Below, piece by piece: positions 1 through 13,977 of a stretch of 64,000 nt of DNA. The notes beneath the pieces were generated by a model, which did no database searches, had not been told where the DNA came from, and saw only the letters and a program-made list of their open reading frames with translations. Every line of letters starts with the position of its first letter. Positions within the stretch are counted from its first letter, which is position 1. Source of the DNA: Callorhinchus milii (taxonomy: Eukaryota); NCBI RefSeq assembly GCF_018977255.1, contig NW_024704742.1, positions 50,904,001-50,968,000 on the forward strand, written 5' to 3'. A program made the position numbers and the translations under genes.

Positions 1-17
1 TAGAAGCATCACATTAT

Positions 18-351
18 GGTTACAGCACTCGCCTCGCAAGCGAGAGGACCCAGGTCGATTCCCGGGCAGGGCAAAAGTTTCCTTACTTTGGACGCCTCTG
101 TTGATCTAGCAGTAAGTAGGAACCAGGTTTCTACTGGATTGGCAGATCGCTTTTTGGGGGTAATAATCTCTTAAAAAATAAATAAAATAATAATTTGGTA
201 ACTGTTTGTGGGTCACTGTTGTGCGCAGTTGGCTGTCGCATTTTGTCCACAAAATATACAGTCAATTCACTTTACACCATATTCTGTGAAGCGCTTTGAG
301 ACGTCTCAATGACATGATAAGGCGCTATATCAAAAGCAAGGATTATTATTA
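18..351 (+). mobile_element. tRNA-Ala-headed SINE, slightly 5'-clipped
   Basis: ctcgcctcgcaagcgag anticodon arm, body shared with other copies, ggattattatt tail. Confidence 0.85.
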
Positions 352-629
352 TGTTTCCATCTACATTTACAAACAGAAAAACTGGAGGGAATTAACTCTC
401 ACAGATAGAAACTAAATGAATGAAATATAACAACAACAAAATTATATTTGTACAGCGCCTTTCACATCGGGAGGATGTCCCAAGGCTGAAGGATGTAAAT
501 TATTTATTAAAATCAATATGCTAAGTTAGTCATGGTAATGGCCAGTGAGTGGCAGCACAAACCTGTGCACCACAAGTGAAAGGACAGGAAGTTTGCTATA
601 CTGAATCTATACTGATTCCCCCACTAGTG

Positions 630-1650
630 GAAATAGCTTCTCCCTATTAACCTTGTCAAATCATAATGTTGTACACCTCTAACAAGTCCTCTCTCAACCT
701 TCTCTGTTCCAATGAAACAGACTCAACTTTTCCAATTCTCTCATCACAACAGTAACCCCTCATCCCTGGTATCATTCTTGTATATCTTCTCTGCACCTCC
801 TCCAAGGCTTTAACGTTCTTCCTGAAGTGAGGTGAGGTGACCAAAACGTAATGCAGTACTCCAGTTGGAGCCTAACCAATGATTTGTACAAACTGAGTAT
901 TAGTACTGCACTTTTTTACTCTGTGGAGTCCTGTAGCTTAGTGTTAGAGGACTCGCCTCGCAAGCGAGAGGAGCTGGGTTTGATTCCCGGGAAAACTTTA
1001 GGCAAGTTTCCTTACTCCACACTCTTCTGTTAACCTAGCAGTAAGTAGGAACCCAGTTGCTAGGGGATTGACGGCTCGCTTTTCCGGAGATAATAATCCC
1101 TCCAAAAAAATGAATAAAAATAATACATTTGATCACTCAATCCACGACTGTTTGTGGGACACTGCTGTGCACAATTGGCTGCCGTGTTTCTCTCACAAAA
1201 TATATAGTCAATTCACTTCACAGTATATTCTGTGAAGCACTTTGAGACCTGTCAAAGACGTGATAAGGCGCTATATCAAATGAAAGGATTATGATTATTA
1301 TTATTATTTTTATGTCCCTGTGTATAAAACACAGATTACCATTAGCGTTTTTCACAGTGCTTTCCACTTGCATTGCCACTTTCAAGGACGTATAATAATA
1401 TATCACCAAGAAGTAGTTATTCATAGGTTTTTTTATGTCCTGTTCATCTTTTTCAACCGCCTTTCAGTCCTTAAAGTTTTTACTATCTTCCCTGACTACC
1501 CTCATTTTGTTATAATATTGAAAGAATTGTTTTGCATTATGTTTTACATTTGCTGCCATGTTCCTTCCCAATACTCTCTTGTATGGTGTATACTCATCCC
1601 AATGGATACCCTTTCCTTTATCCTTACAAGCTTTGTAAATCTTCAGTAGT
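630..1650 (-). mobile_element. CR1 LINE fragments interrupted by the SINE at 925-1306
   Basis: ORF 656..844 (ALEEVQRRYTRMIPGM...RRLREDL) is the CR1 ORF2 C-terminus. It continues at 1307+ (QVESTVKNANGNLCFI; NVKHNAKQFFQY). Confidence 0.8.
925..1306 (+). mobile_element. Full-length tRNA-Ala-headed SINE nested in CR1
   Basis: ggagtcctgtagct head, shared body, (TTA)n tail. Confidence 0.88.
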
Positions 1651-1910
1651 ATTCTGTTACTGGGAAGCACCCCTTTTAGTTATGTCACTGGGAGGCCCAG
1701 AAGACCAAAATTCTATCAAGTGCTACCCTACAAAACTATTTTGACTTAAATGCTAAGATAGAACAGAATTGTGAAAAATACTTAAATTCAATCTCAATTT
1801 GAAAGTTGTGTTTTTTTACTAAACTGAACCACAAACAGAAGTTGGATTCTTGTCCACCTATTAGATGTGGAATGCAGAACACAGAGAGACTGTTTAGCAA
1901 AATAAAAGAA

Positions 1911-4345
1911 CTCGACTTGGTGATCACCCGGGGCCTCAGTGTCTCGGATGTCACTATCACCGACAAGGCCATCTCCGACCACCACTTCATCTCCTTCACC
2001 ACCTCCACCCCCCTCCCCAGCTCCACCAGACCCACCACCATCTTCTACCGCCCCTGGAAGAAGTTACCCCCACAATCCCTAACCGCTGCCTTGGAGTCCT
2101 CTGAACTCCTCTCCCTCTGGCCTTCAACCCTCACTGACCCCTCTTCTCCTCTCACCCTCCTCCACAACACCCTCTCCTCCACACTTGATACTCTTGCCCC
2201 CATCACCTCCCGTACTGTCTCCTACTCGCTCCCCCCTGGTTCACCACCCACCTCCACTCACTGAAGAGCCAGGTGTGGGCCGCTGAACGCACCTGCGTCA
2301 AATCTGGCCTAACGGTCCACCGACAAATCTGGCTGGACCTCCTCAAAATCTACCGCTCCACTCTAGCCTCGGCCAAATCGTCCTTCTACTCCAGGATAAT
2401 CCTGGAGGCGAAGAACAACCCCAGGCTACTGTTTTCTACCACATCCCGACTCCTCCGTCCCCCCGCCACCCCGCGCAGGTCATCTCCTCCAACCTTCACT
2501 GCGAGGAGATGCTGGATTTCCTTGAATCCAAAATCAAGGGAATTCGCTCCGCGGTCACTTCCCCTCCAACATCCACCCACACCCCACCCCCTCCCTCCCA
2601 CACTCCGACTCCTACCCATCCTCCCCTACACACTTTCGTACCCGTTTCCCCACCCTCTGTCACCAAACTCATCCTATCCCTGAAACCCACCACCTGCTCC
2701 CTTGACCCCATTCCCACTCCACTCCTTATCTCCCAGCTCCACCTCCTTGCCCCACATATCATAGACATTGTCAACCTGTCCCTCTCCTCTGGCTCTGTTC
2801 CCATTCCTTAAAAACTGCCACCATCACAGCCATCTTGAAAAAAAACCTCCCTTGATGCGTCGCAGCTATGAAGTTACCGGCCCATCTCCAACCTCCCCTT
2901 CCTGTCCAAGGTCCTGGAAAGAGTTGTCGCCTCCCAGCTGCGCTCTTTCCTCTCCACCCATTCATTATTCGAAATCCTTCAGTCGGGTTTCCGTGCTGTC
3001 CACAGCACAGAAACTGCCCTGGTCAAGGTCACCAATGACATCCTGACCATCTGTGACCAGGGCTCCCTCTGCCTCCTCGTCTTCCTCGACCTCGGCAGCA
3101 TTCGATACGGTCAACAATGCTATTCTCCTCCACCGCTTGTCCTCCCACCTCAACCTTCAAGGACCTGTACTTTATTGGTATAGGTCGTACCTCTCCCACT
3201 GTCTTCACTTTGTTTCCACAAATGGTTTTTCCTCCAACCCCCGCAGTGTCTCGTGCGGTGTCCATCAAGGCTCTGTCCTCGGTCCCCTCCTCTTCACCCT
3301 AAACATGCTCCCCCTTGGTGACATCATCCGCAGACATGGGGTTAACTTCCACATGTATGCGGATGCCACCCAACTCTACCTTTCCTCCTCTACCCTCAAC
3401 TCCACGACCACCGATGTCCTGACAGCTGCCTGTCCGACATCGAGTCCTGGACGAGAGACAACTTTCTTCAGCTCAACGTGCGTAAAACTGAAGCCCTCCT
3501 GATTGGCTCACGTCAGCGCCTCCGCACCTCAGGCGCTGACAGCATCAGCATCCAAGGCTGCACTCTCCACCTCTCAAAGCCAGTCAGGAACCTAGGTGTT
3601 CTGTTCGACCCTGAGCTGTCCTTTCTCCCTCATATCCGCGCCACAACTGCCTTCCATCACCTCCGGAATTTTGCCAGACTACGACACTAACTCAACCATC
3701 ACGCTGCTGAAACTCTGGTCCACGCCTTTATCACCTCAAGGCTTTACTAAGGGAACTCTCTCCTCGTCGCCCTTCCCGGCACCTCCCTCCACAAGCTGCA
3801 GGTCATTCAGAACTCTGCAGCTCGTGTACTGTCCCGCACCAGGCTTCGGGACCACATCACTCCCACCCTCGCTCGCCTCCACTGGCTCCCCATCCCCCAG
3901 AGGATCGATTTCAAGATCCTCATCCTCACCTACAAGGCCATTCACGGCCTCGCTCCCTCCTACCTCTCCGACCTACTATCCCCCTACCTACCTGCCCGTA
4001 CCCTCCGTTCCTCTGGCTCCGGTCTGCTCCACATCCCCCGCCCCAACCGCCCTACCATCGGTGGCCGGGCCTTCAGCCTCTCAGCCCCTAGGCTCTGGAA
4101 CTCCATCCCCAGTGCCTTCGCCGCCTCCTCCCTTTCCTCCTTCAAAGCCGGTCTCAAGAACTTTATCTTTGACCGAGCCTTCAGCTCCCCTCGACTCTCT
4201 ACCTCCTCCTCGCTCTCTCCCTTCCCTCCCCTCACCCTGACCATTTCCCCCCTGCTCGGGTCCTGACCCAACTGTACAGTGCCTTGGGACGTCCTCCCGA
4301 CGTGAAAGGCGCTCAATAAATGGAATCTTGTTGGTGTTGTTGTTG
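1911..4345 (+). mobile_element. L2-clade LINE, 5'-truncated, with endonuclease end and RT, frameshifted
   Basis: LDLVIT...SDHH (APE C-terminus), [23 protein letters not shown] (from YADDT), 3' stem-loop and (TTG)n tail. Confidence 0.93.
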
Positions 4346-5527
4346 TGTTCATTAAAATCTGTCTCTCTTTGAAGTTGGATCAAAAGGCTAGATCCATTCA
4401 CTAGGAAAGGGGTAGTTATCCAACTTTCTGTAAATAAGTAATGTCCTTTCACCTAATTATATACTCTTAATTCATTTTATCCACATTTTCAGTATAAACT
4501 TGCTTTGACAATTATTGTACGACTTTGCTATAAACTACTACTACACACATCTGGTTACAAGGAAATGGGTATTGTTGCTAACAACTGCTGGCTGAAAGAT
4601 TTCACTGTGTGACAAAAGCTATAACGATAGAATACAACACTACACATCTACATTGATATACAGTAGTGACTTTCACATCAGGATCATGTCCCAATGCACC
4701 GGTAACCACAGGTTACAACAGAGATTCCATAATAGCATTCCCTTTAAAATTTGTCTCTGCAGTAAATTCACCCTATTCACCACATATTTAGGGCTTTGGA
4801 ATGTCCTTCTGACATGAAAGGCGCTATAAGATGTAATTTTGTATTGTATTGTACAATAAAAAAGTCTACAACATATTACTTTATGCACACATTCTCACAG
4901 GAATTTCAGCCCTTCTGGGTCTTTTAATTTGGAGCCACAAATTGTGAAGGTTTTCAATGCATTTTCATCAGCAGCTAAACAGCACATTTCAGAAGTCAAG
5001 CTTCATGTTGCATTTGATATAATACCTTCTCATATTAACATGTTTCAGAGAGCTTCATATGTTGAGCAACTGGTGTTATGGTCTTACCTAAAAACCAATC
5101 TTTTTAAAAATCTATTTCTTTGACACACCTTCATCTTCCCCGCCTTCTTATCTCTCACCTCAGCTCAGGCTTCACTCAGTCTTTGAAAAGTAAGTTGAGA
5201 TGTTCACCTTATGAAAGGCACTATATATGATTGTGACAACTGATAAGTAGTGGTCATGGAAAAATGCATTGCTGTATTTAGTTTTGAATACTGTATTGAG
5301 GTTCTGATTCGTTGGAAGTATCGACAGATCCTTTGCACCCTGTTGCAGAAGACTGGTGCCTAAAATACTAAAATTAGTTGGTGTACATCTGACAGATTAA
5401 CCTGAACTTGAATCATCTGGGTCACTTCAGGCCTGGAACTCAGTTCACTGATCATTTCTATTCATCAATTAAACCTCTATGATCAGACTGGCCTGCCGTA
5501 ATGTCATACATTGATGGAATAGCATTG

Positions 5528-6320
5528 AACATAAGAACATAAGAAATGCTAGACAAAAAGAGTCCAAGGTCCATCTAGATCGCCTTCCACCTTCCTGGCA
5601 GTCGCGTGAACATAGTCCCAAACTACCTATGTAATGTATCCCATAATGTTATTTCTTAAAAGAAAACTATCTAATCCGTGTCTGAAAGAATCAACACTTC
5701 CTGCTTCAATCATCTCCCTAGTGAGCCTGTTCCACAGGTTCACTATTTGCTCACTAAAATAGTGTTTGCATAGATTAGTTCTGAACTTAACCCCTTCAGT
5801 CGCAGGCCATGCCTCTGGTATTACTAGTCTGGACAAGTTGAAACAGCCTGTCATGATCTATATTGCTTAGCCCCTTTAGAATCTTAAAGACAGTAATCAT
5901 GTCGCCTCTCAACCTTCTCTTTTCCAGCGTGAACTTGCCCAATTCACTTAGTCGCTCCTCATAGTCCAGTCCTTCCATCCCCTCAATCATTTTGTATCTT
6001 CTCGATTTTTCCAATATCCTTTTTGTACTGTGGCGACCAGAACTGTACACAGTACTCTAAGTATGGTCTCACCAATGATTTATACAGTAGCAAGATTACC
6101 CCACTATTTCGGCTTACTATTGATCTTTTGATACATCCCAACATCTGGTTTGCTCTACTCACTGCCACAGAGCATTGTTGGGAGAGCTTCAATTTATTGT
6201 CAATCAGGACTCCCCAGGTCCTTTTTATTTTCCATACATATTATTTTCATTCCGTTCAAATTATAGTCCCTTCCAGCATTTTTTGTCCCCATGTGAAGAA
6301 CTTTACATTTCTCCACATTG
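5528..6320 (-). mobile_element. CR1 LINE 3' fragment
   Basis: LYKSLVRPYLEYCVQFWSP, YEERL..LEKRRLRGDMI and a (TTCTTATG)n-type tail at 5528-5545. Confidence 0.92.
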
Positions 6321-6976
6321 ACTCTTGTATTGAAATATATAGATATTACTCTTTGTTTAATGGATCCACTATTCACATATATCACTCTGAAGTAAAGGGT
6401 AATTATTCTGATATTTCACTTATTACACGGTGAGCACTGTTAATGCATGAATCCTGCTGTTCTGTGAGATATGCTCATTGGATACAATTCAAAGACAAAA
6501 TGTTTACATCTTCTATGCTTTTGTGCTTTCAGCTTCATGAAAATGTGTCATTTTTTCCTGAGCATGTCATGTGAATGTTATTTTAAGATGATGTAGAATC
6601 CAATGAGGAAAGCTAGAATGCAGAAATAACAGTGGAATATCAAAGCATTTAGCCCATCAAATTTGTAGTGTGATTTATCTCCGCATCAGCTATCTAATCT
6701 AATCTTGTTTCCTGCCTAGATCCCCATAACCTCTAATATTCATTTTTTTAATCAATCTCAGTGAAACCTGAGAACAATACATTACAAAGATTTGAAGAGG
6801 GTGTGACAGCTCCACATTACACCAGTTTGCAGGTCACCAGATATATTTGAATGGCCTGAAAGGAAAACATGGGATTGGAGAGAAAATTGGTTAACAGTAG
6901 AAACGGAGTGTGAGGGCTTTTTTGGTTATACAGGTGTCTGACACATGCGGAAATCCATTACCATGCTTAGGAGTAA

Positions 6977-8480
6977 AACAGCCTCAAAACAGCCACTATC
7001 AACCCCACCTTGAAGAAACCTTCCTCGACCCATCACAGCTATCCAGCTACTGGCCCAACTCAAATCTCCCCTTCCTATCCAAGGTCCTTGAGAGAGCCGT
7101 TGCCTCCCAGCTTTGCTCTTTCCTCTCCTCTCACTCTCTCCATGAACCCCTCGAATTGTGTTTCCATGCTGCCCACAGCACAGTCAAGGTCACAAACAAT
7201 ATCCTGACTGTGTGTCACCAGGGCTCCCTCTGCCTCCTCATCCTCCTCGACCTCTCCGCCGCTTTTGACACCGTGGACCACTCAATCCCCCTCCACCGCC
7301 TCTCCTCTCACCTCAACCTCCAAGGTTCCGTCCTTGACTGGTTCAAATCCTACCTTTCACACTGCCTCCACTTCGTCACAGCAAACAGCGTCTCCTCCAG
7401 CCCCCGCACCGTCTCGTGCGGCGTTCCTCAGGGCTCTCTCCTTGGTCCCCTCCTCTTCACCCTCTACATGCCCCTCCTTGGTGACATCGTCCAAAGACAT
7501 GGGGTAAATTTCCACATGTATGCGGATGACACCTAACTCTATCTCTTTGCCTCCACCCTCAACACCAGGACTACTGCCGTCCTGATCGATTGCGTGTCCG
7601 ACATCAAGTCCTGGACGAGGGACAACTTTCTCCAGCTCAACGTCAGCAAGACCGAGGCCCTCCTTATTGGCTCGCGCCAGCGCCTCCGCACCTCAGCCTC
7701 CACGGCTGCACACTCAACCTCACTAAGCCAGTCAGGAACCTGGGTTTCTTGTTTGACCCTGAATTGTCCTTTCTCCCCCACATCCGCGCCATGACCGGCA
7801 CTGCCTAACAGCACCTTCGCAACATTGCCAGACTCCGCTACTGCCTCACCCCTCAGGCTGCCGAAACCCTCACCCACGCATTTGTCACATCAAGGCTCAA
7901 TTATGGAAACTCCCTCCTCATCGACCTTTCCAGCTCTTCCCTTCACAAGCTGCAGATCATCCAAAACTCTGCAGTTCGTGTACTCTCACGCACCAAGCTC
8001 CACGACCCCATCACTCCCACCCTCGCCCGACTCCACTGGCTCCCCATCCCCAGAGGATCGAATTCAAGATCCTCTTTCTCAGCTTTAAGGCCATCCATGG
8101 CCTTGCCCCCTCCTACCTCTCTGACCTGCTGACTCCCTACCAACCTGCCCACTCCCTCCATCCATCAAGCTCTGGCCTGATCCATGTCTCCAACCCATCC
8201 CGCCCTACCATCAGTGGCCAGGCTTTCGGGCTCTCTGCCCCCACACTCTGGACCTCCATCCCATGGTCCCTTTACCTCGCTTCCTCCCTTACCTCCTTCA
8301 AGGCTGGTCTCAAGACCCTTCTCTTCGACTGTGCCTTTGGTCGCCCTCCCACCTCTCCGCCTTCCCTCACCCCTACACCACCCCTCCCCCATGCTCGGAT
8401 CCCAACACCTGACTGTTCAGCGCTTTGGGACGTCCACCCGATGCGAAAGGAGCTCTATAAATATCATTTTGTTGTTGTTG
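6977..8480 (+). mobile_element. L2-clade LINE 3' half with probable 9-bp TSD
   Basis: RT motifs LDLSAAFDTVDH, GVPQGSLLGP, YADDT and a (TTG)n tail. Flanked by taggagtaa (6968-6976) and taagagtaa (8481-8489). Confidence 0.92.
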
Positions 8481-11400
8481 TAAGAGTAACCAAATCAGAG
8501 TTCCACATATCTATGCCATCTATACATGGAAGTCTTCTTGTGTCTGGAATTGAATGCTCACTCTCTCCCTGGAGGAATGTGTCCTGTTTACATAATTCTG
8601 TAGAGTATGTAAGCTGCAGATTAATCAGCTACAGTGGTGTAAATATCTAGCTCAGTTACATACAGGGCCTTGCTGTAATATATCAACTATATTTTAGAAC
8701 AAAAGCAGAATATGTGGAGCAGCTACAGTTTCTCCATCTCACTAGACCGTATTTAGGCTTCTTGGCTCACTCCTACAATGCTCTGTCCCTTATTAACTTT
8801 AGAGCACATTTCATTTTAAGCATACAACAGGAACTTGCATTTATGTAGCGCCTTTCAAATATCAAAATGTCTCAAAGTGCTTAAAAAGACTGTGTTCAAG
8901 GAGGGTGGGTGGAGGTTGTGGTGGTGTGGGTGGGTGATGAAATGATCATAAGCACAGTCCAAAAGGTAGATTTTCAGGAGGCTTTTAAAGACAGGTTGAG
9001 AGAGGGCAAGGGAGGGAAGACAGGAATGCAGGGATATTGTGTCTGAAGGCTTCCTGTCTTCCTCTACGATTTCCATTTAAGAAACAAACTGGCAGGAAAT
9101 ATAACACTTCATGATCTGAGATGTCAGAAGCCAAATGAGTGGAATGTGTGCAGGAAACCAAAGTTTTACTCCTACGCGTTTCTCACACTAACTGTTACCA
9201 CTTCGGCATCCCACAAGAACCCTTTTTGCTTTAAAATTAACATTAGAGTAATAATAATCCTTGTATTTGTTATAACGTCGCAGCATCTCAAAGTGCATCT
9301 CTGGTAACTGCTGTCGTTGCTGCCAAAGGTGGACAAGTTGTATGAGAAATTGGGAAATTTCCCGAGAGCCTCTGTGATTGGCTCTTGATGCTTAGTACCC
9401 CAGAGCCTGACATTCAGGTGAGTGACAGCTCAGACCAGTCAATCATTGCCCGGCTTCTCTGATGAGTGACAACTAGGATAGTCAATCACCACCTGGATCC
9501 CACCTTACTATTTAAGCCTGTACAAAGTTGAATGCTGAATCAGCATCCCGGCCGACTAACACCCCCTGCAAATCAACGCCCCAATTTTACCTGGAAATCC
9601 TGAGCCCTTTCTGGGAGCCAGTCCGCAACTGGTAGCAACTGTACTTGTAGGCATATGTGGCAGCCAATTTGTATACAGCAATGTTTCATAAACCAATTTT
9701 TCATCCTTTTTTTTTAAAAAAGTTAAGTCTCAAAGACGTGATAAGGCATGATGTCAAGTGCAAAGATTATTATTATATAGTATTATTATAAGCAGAATGT
9801 GTCCCTCTGGGAAGAGATCACATTTTCCATTCCAAATATAAGAATTTCCACGTGTAGGTGGGATGCATGAAACTCTCAGCTTGGTTTGGATACTTCTAAA
9901 CATAATGATTGGTTACCGCATGTGTCAAACACCCGACTAACCAAAAAATAATTGTCAGAACTTGCAGTAGCAGGAAAGAAAAAGTGTGAAAATTTAAAAT
10001 GTCAACTGGACCACCAGCTTTGCTAAAGAAATGCATGCAGAGATGTTATCTGAGGACATGCTGTAAATTAAACCAGATTCACTTGATCCGGTAGCAGAGG
10101 GAAAATCAACTAACATGTTTAATCTTATATTGTGATGGTCTCGAAAAATGCAGCCAGCAGTGAAACTAACTCTGTTCAGCCTGGGAGAAAAGACACAGCG
10201 GGAAATTATTCTGTTCAGCAAAATTTAAATCCAGGAACGTGGAACAGAGGAACCAAAGTCACTTGTATTCTACGCTCAACAACTCATTTTGTTATTAAGG
10301 AAAAAAGACATAAAACATGAGTCCCAGAAGCTCGGGTGGGAGATCTACCCTCCCAGAGGGCCAAAAGATGTACTCAGTCTCTCTCTAACTCAAATTGCTG
10401 AAGTGTGGCTCAGCTATGCTTTGGTATATCTTGGCTCTTTTTTCCTTTACTTCAGGCTGAGCCGCACAGGTCAGCATATCCTCCCCCACCTGATAATTGT
10501 TGTAATTACCTTGGCCTTAAATCCTTAGGCTGACTTTGATCTAGAAATACAGGACCCTAACATCAACAATTAATACAACAAGCTACAGCTGCAATAATAA
10601 ATTCACTTCTTTCTCTGAGCCAATTTAACTCTTCATAATACAAGGCACAGCATACCAACATCCTACCCAAAGTGATATCAAACCCCTTGTAACACCTGCC
10701 ATGCTCAGATAGATGTTTTGCAACTCAGCTCTATTTAATTAAAGAATATATTTTCTGCAATTCATTTTGACACTCCTAATGAGCATAGTGTCTTCATCTA
10801 ATCAAAATACATTTATAATCAGTATTGTAATTCTGCAGATCAGCTAGATACTAGCTAATATATAATAATAATAATCCTGGCATTTGATATATACAGAATA
10901 CATTGAAAAGTGGATTGACTGTATAGTTGTGGGTGAAACGTATTGTCCCACAAACAGTCATGGATTGAGTGACCACATTTATTTTGGAGGGATTAGCTAA
11001 CAATCATAAGTATACCTAACTGAATGATACAATCACTTCCGATCATAATAGCAATTCACTTCTGATCGCAAATAAGCATACTTAACTAAAACAATAATTC
11101 ACTTCTGATCACAAAAATTGTCAACAAATTTATTTAAATGAATAAAACTATCAGGACCAGCCTTTAATATTAACATGTTTCTAAAAAGAATGGCACTTTG
11201 AGCAGAGCAATTCCCTTTGGGATTTCTTAAAATTATGACATGCTTTGGTTAAGAATACTAAGAAATATTTTAGACACATTTCAGATACAAGCTTAATCAA
11301 ACATAAAAGCACTATTCCACCTGGATCCAGATTTACTCTGTTTATTTCACAGGAGATTTGTTGAATTCAGTCTTAACTTGTTGTTTTTCTACAGGGCTTA

Positions 11401-13360
11401 AAATAACTTACAGAAAACTGGTCTGAAAATTCTTGGTTCTCTTAAATGTTACATAAATAAGATAAATCTAGATGCAGGTAGAATTTCTACCCGTTAAACA
11501 ATATTCCATAGAACAAACCAATGGTGTGTGGCAATAGTGTGCAGATATAAGCAACTGCAATAAGGACAGATACCTCACTGATTTGACACTGGTGATTGTT
11601 TGCAATACAGAAATAGTAATCTTCTAAAGCTTGCAACCAATTTGTGGCATTTATTAATGGGACTTCTTAATTAAGTTGCAGAGCCTGGGACAAAACATGA
11701 CAGGCAGGAGATGGTGTGGGTGAAGCTTCACTGTCAGTCTCCTGAGGTTTCCTCCACAACTTTGCAGCCCATGACTTTTTCTGCAGTAGGCTCTGCGAAC
11801 CATCACCCTCATCTTCACCTGGCTCCATTGGCTCCAGAACTCTGTGTTCAAGATCCTCGTCCTCACTTTCAAATCCCACCTTGCCCATCCTCCCCTGTGT
11901 CACCTTCTCAAACCATACAAACCTGGTCACTCCCTGACCTCAGTGAGTATCAGCCTACTTCATGTCCACCATCCTATCCACCCCAAATAGGCTTTAAAGC
12001 CTATTTGCTCCACTCTCAGGAAATCCATCCTAGAGTACTTTGACCCGTCCCTTTCCTCAATTCTTTCAAGGTCCATCTCAAGATGTCATCTTTCCCCTGC
12101 TCACCCTCCTCAGCTCCCACCCTCAGTTCGGATTCCAAGCCATGTCTGTCAAGTGCCTTGGGATGTTCTCCTGACGTGAAAGGCACTTTATAAATGTAAA
12201 TTTGTATTGCTTTGTAATGATCAGATACAGCAACAGCTTCTGTGTTACTTGTAATGCTGCTACTGATGCATAAAAGAGTCGCTGTACATTGATTAGATCA
12301 TTCTGCCCCTTTTGTTTTTCCACAACTGTGGGTCTAACAGCAGAGTTCTTTCTGCAACCTGTCAAACATTTATGAATTTTGAAAACAATAATTTACAGTG
12401 AAAAATCTAATTTGTAAAACATTTGCGTTGTCAGTCTATTTAGCAGATGTTAGACATGCCACCCACCCTTCAACATACTCTCTCAGGGGTAGGGACAGTT
12501 ATCATAACATTGTAACATACAAAGTACTTACTTCTGCAAACACTGCTCTAATCAGGAGACAGAATACATAAGGATTCTACATTTGGAGACCAAACCATTG
12601 TGGTCACATCAGCCCATAGATGCTTAGATGATAAATCACTAAATGGAAAGTACTATGAATACTCTTACCCATTAATCTATTTTATATAGGACTGTTACTT
12701 TATTTTTAAGAACTTTCAAAGAAATTCTACCTTTTCCACCTCTGTGACCGACTGCAACCCTACCACCCTGGTCGTTCCCTCCACTCAACTAACCGGCCTG
12801 ATTCATGTCCACACCTGACCCACAGCAGTGGGTGAGCTACCAAACATTTTGCTGTCCTTTGGATGAGACGTCAGCATACTCAGGTGGACGTTAAAGATCC
12901 CGTCCGAAAAGAGAAGGGAGTTTGTCTCAGTGTCCTGGTTAACAATCCCCTGGATAAAATTGATCATTGACGTCATAGTTGTTTGGGGGCCAGGGGGCGG
13001 GGTTGTTGGGTGCAAATTGGGAGCGTCAGCATTATAGGCTCCACAGCAGTTTAAAGAGAAGATCCAGCATTATTCCAATCACAAGATGAGCGACAAAATA
13101 CAGTCACTAATGGGAATCCTGCAGTAACTGATGTTGCATCACAGCTGACCTGTGGGATTGTACCTCTCACATTGCCAGTTACCCGCAAGAATCTTCAATA
13201 GAGTCTCTGAGCCACTAAGTCATAGTCTTTTTTGGCTCCACTGTTTCTCATTTTTACAAGATGTGATGAGCAAATGTGAACAGGTGAAACATCAGCAGAA
13301 GAATTTGCGAGCATTTTTTTGTACAATATCATTGCGTGGTCTGAAAATATAGGACATCTG

Positions 13361-13435
13361 TTACTGATATTCAGTCCCTGTAATCTCTTTGATTAAATCC
13401 AACAGCTCGTCAAAACCGGGACGTCCATCTGGTTT
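13361..13435 (-). CDS. TXK: TXK terminal coding exon: KPDGRPGFDELLDLIKEITGTEYQ*
   Basis: ttcag acceptor, TAA at 13363-13361. Confidence 0.93.
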   Translation of the reverse strand, partial: KPDGRPGFDELLDLIKEITGTEYQ

Positions 13436-13615
13436 CTGAAAATAAATACCAAAATTATCATTTAGATAACCAATCCTTCAAAATATTAATTACCGATATT
13501 CAAAGAGTTTCTTCTGCCTGCCTAGTATACAATAAAAATTTGAACCATGTGACCAAAGTATAGGGAATCAAATGTAATGAGGCTCTGTAACACACACTCT
13601 GAGTCAAACTGATAA

Positions 13616-13977
13616 GGAGTCCTGTAGCATATTGGTTAGAGCACTCGATTCCTGTGTGGGGTGAAATGGTAGGCATGTTTCTGTACTCCACAGGCCTCTA
13701 TTTATATAGCAATAGGTAGGAGCCAAGTAGTTAGTCGATTGGTGGATCGCTTTTCCAGCGGTATTAATCCCTTCAAAAATAATAAAATAAATAAAATAAT
13801 AATTTGATCACTCAATCCATGACTGTTTGTGGGACACTGCTGTGCGCAATTGGCTGTCACGTTTCACCCACAGAGTATACAGTCAATTCACTTTACAATA
13901 TATTCTGCAAAGCGCTTTGAGACATCTTAAAGACATGATAAAGCACTATATCAAATACAAGGATTGTTATTATTATG
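13616..13977 (+). mobile_element. tRNA-Ala-headed SINE in the last TXK intron
   Basis: ggagtcctgtagc head, shared body and tail. Confidence 0.85.

Noticed and set aside
1806..4452. Long Pro/Ser-rich or Gly-rich ORFs (also at 6910-8483 and 62829-63401)
   Set aside because: Alternative frames and the antisense strand of C-rich L2 sequence.
9352..9363. Perfect NF-kB-like palindrome GGGAAATTTCCC
   Set aside because: Single short motif in what looks like repeat-derived sequence 3' of TXK, with no supporting evidence.
10995..11112. Three spaced aat(t)cacttc(t)gatc repeats that superficially resemble an array
   Set aside because: Irregular degenerate minisatellite in eukaryotic DNA. No cas genes; not CRISPR.
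1..13000. Exons of a neighbouring gene (NIPAL1 adjoins TXK in human)
   Set aside because: No recognisable coding exon found; the region is mostly TE-derived.
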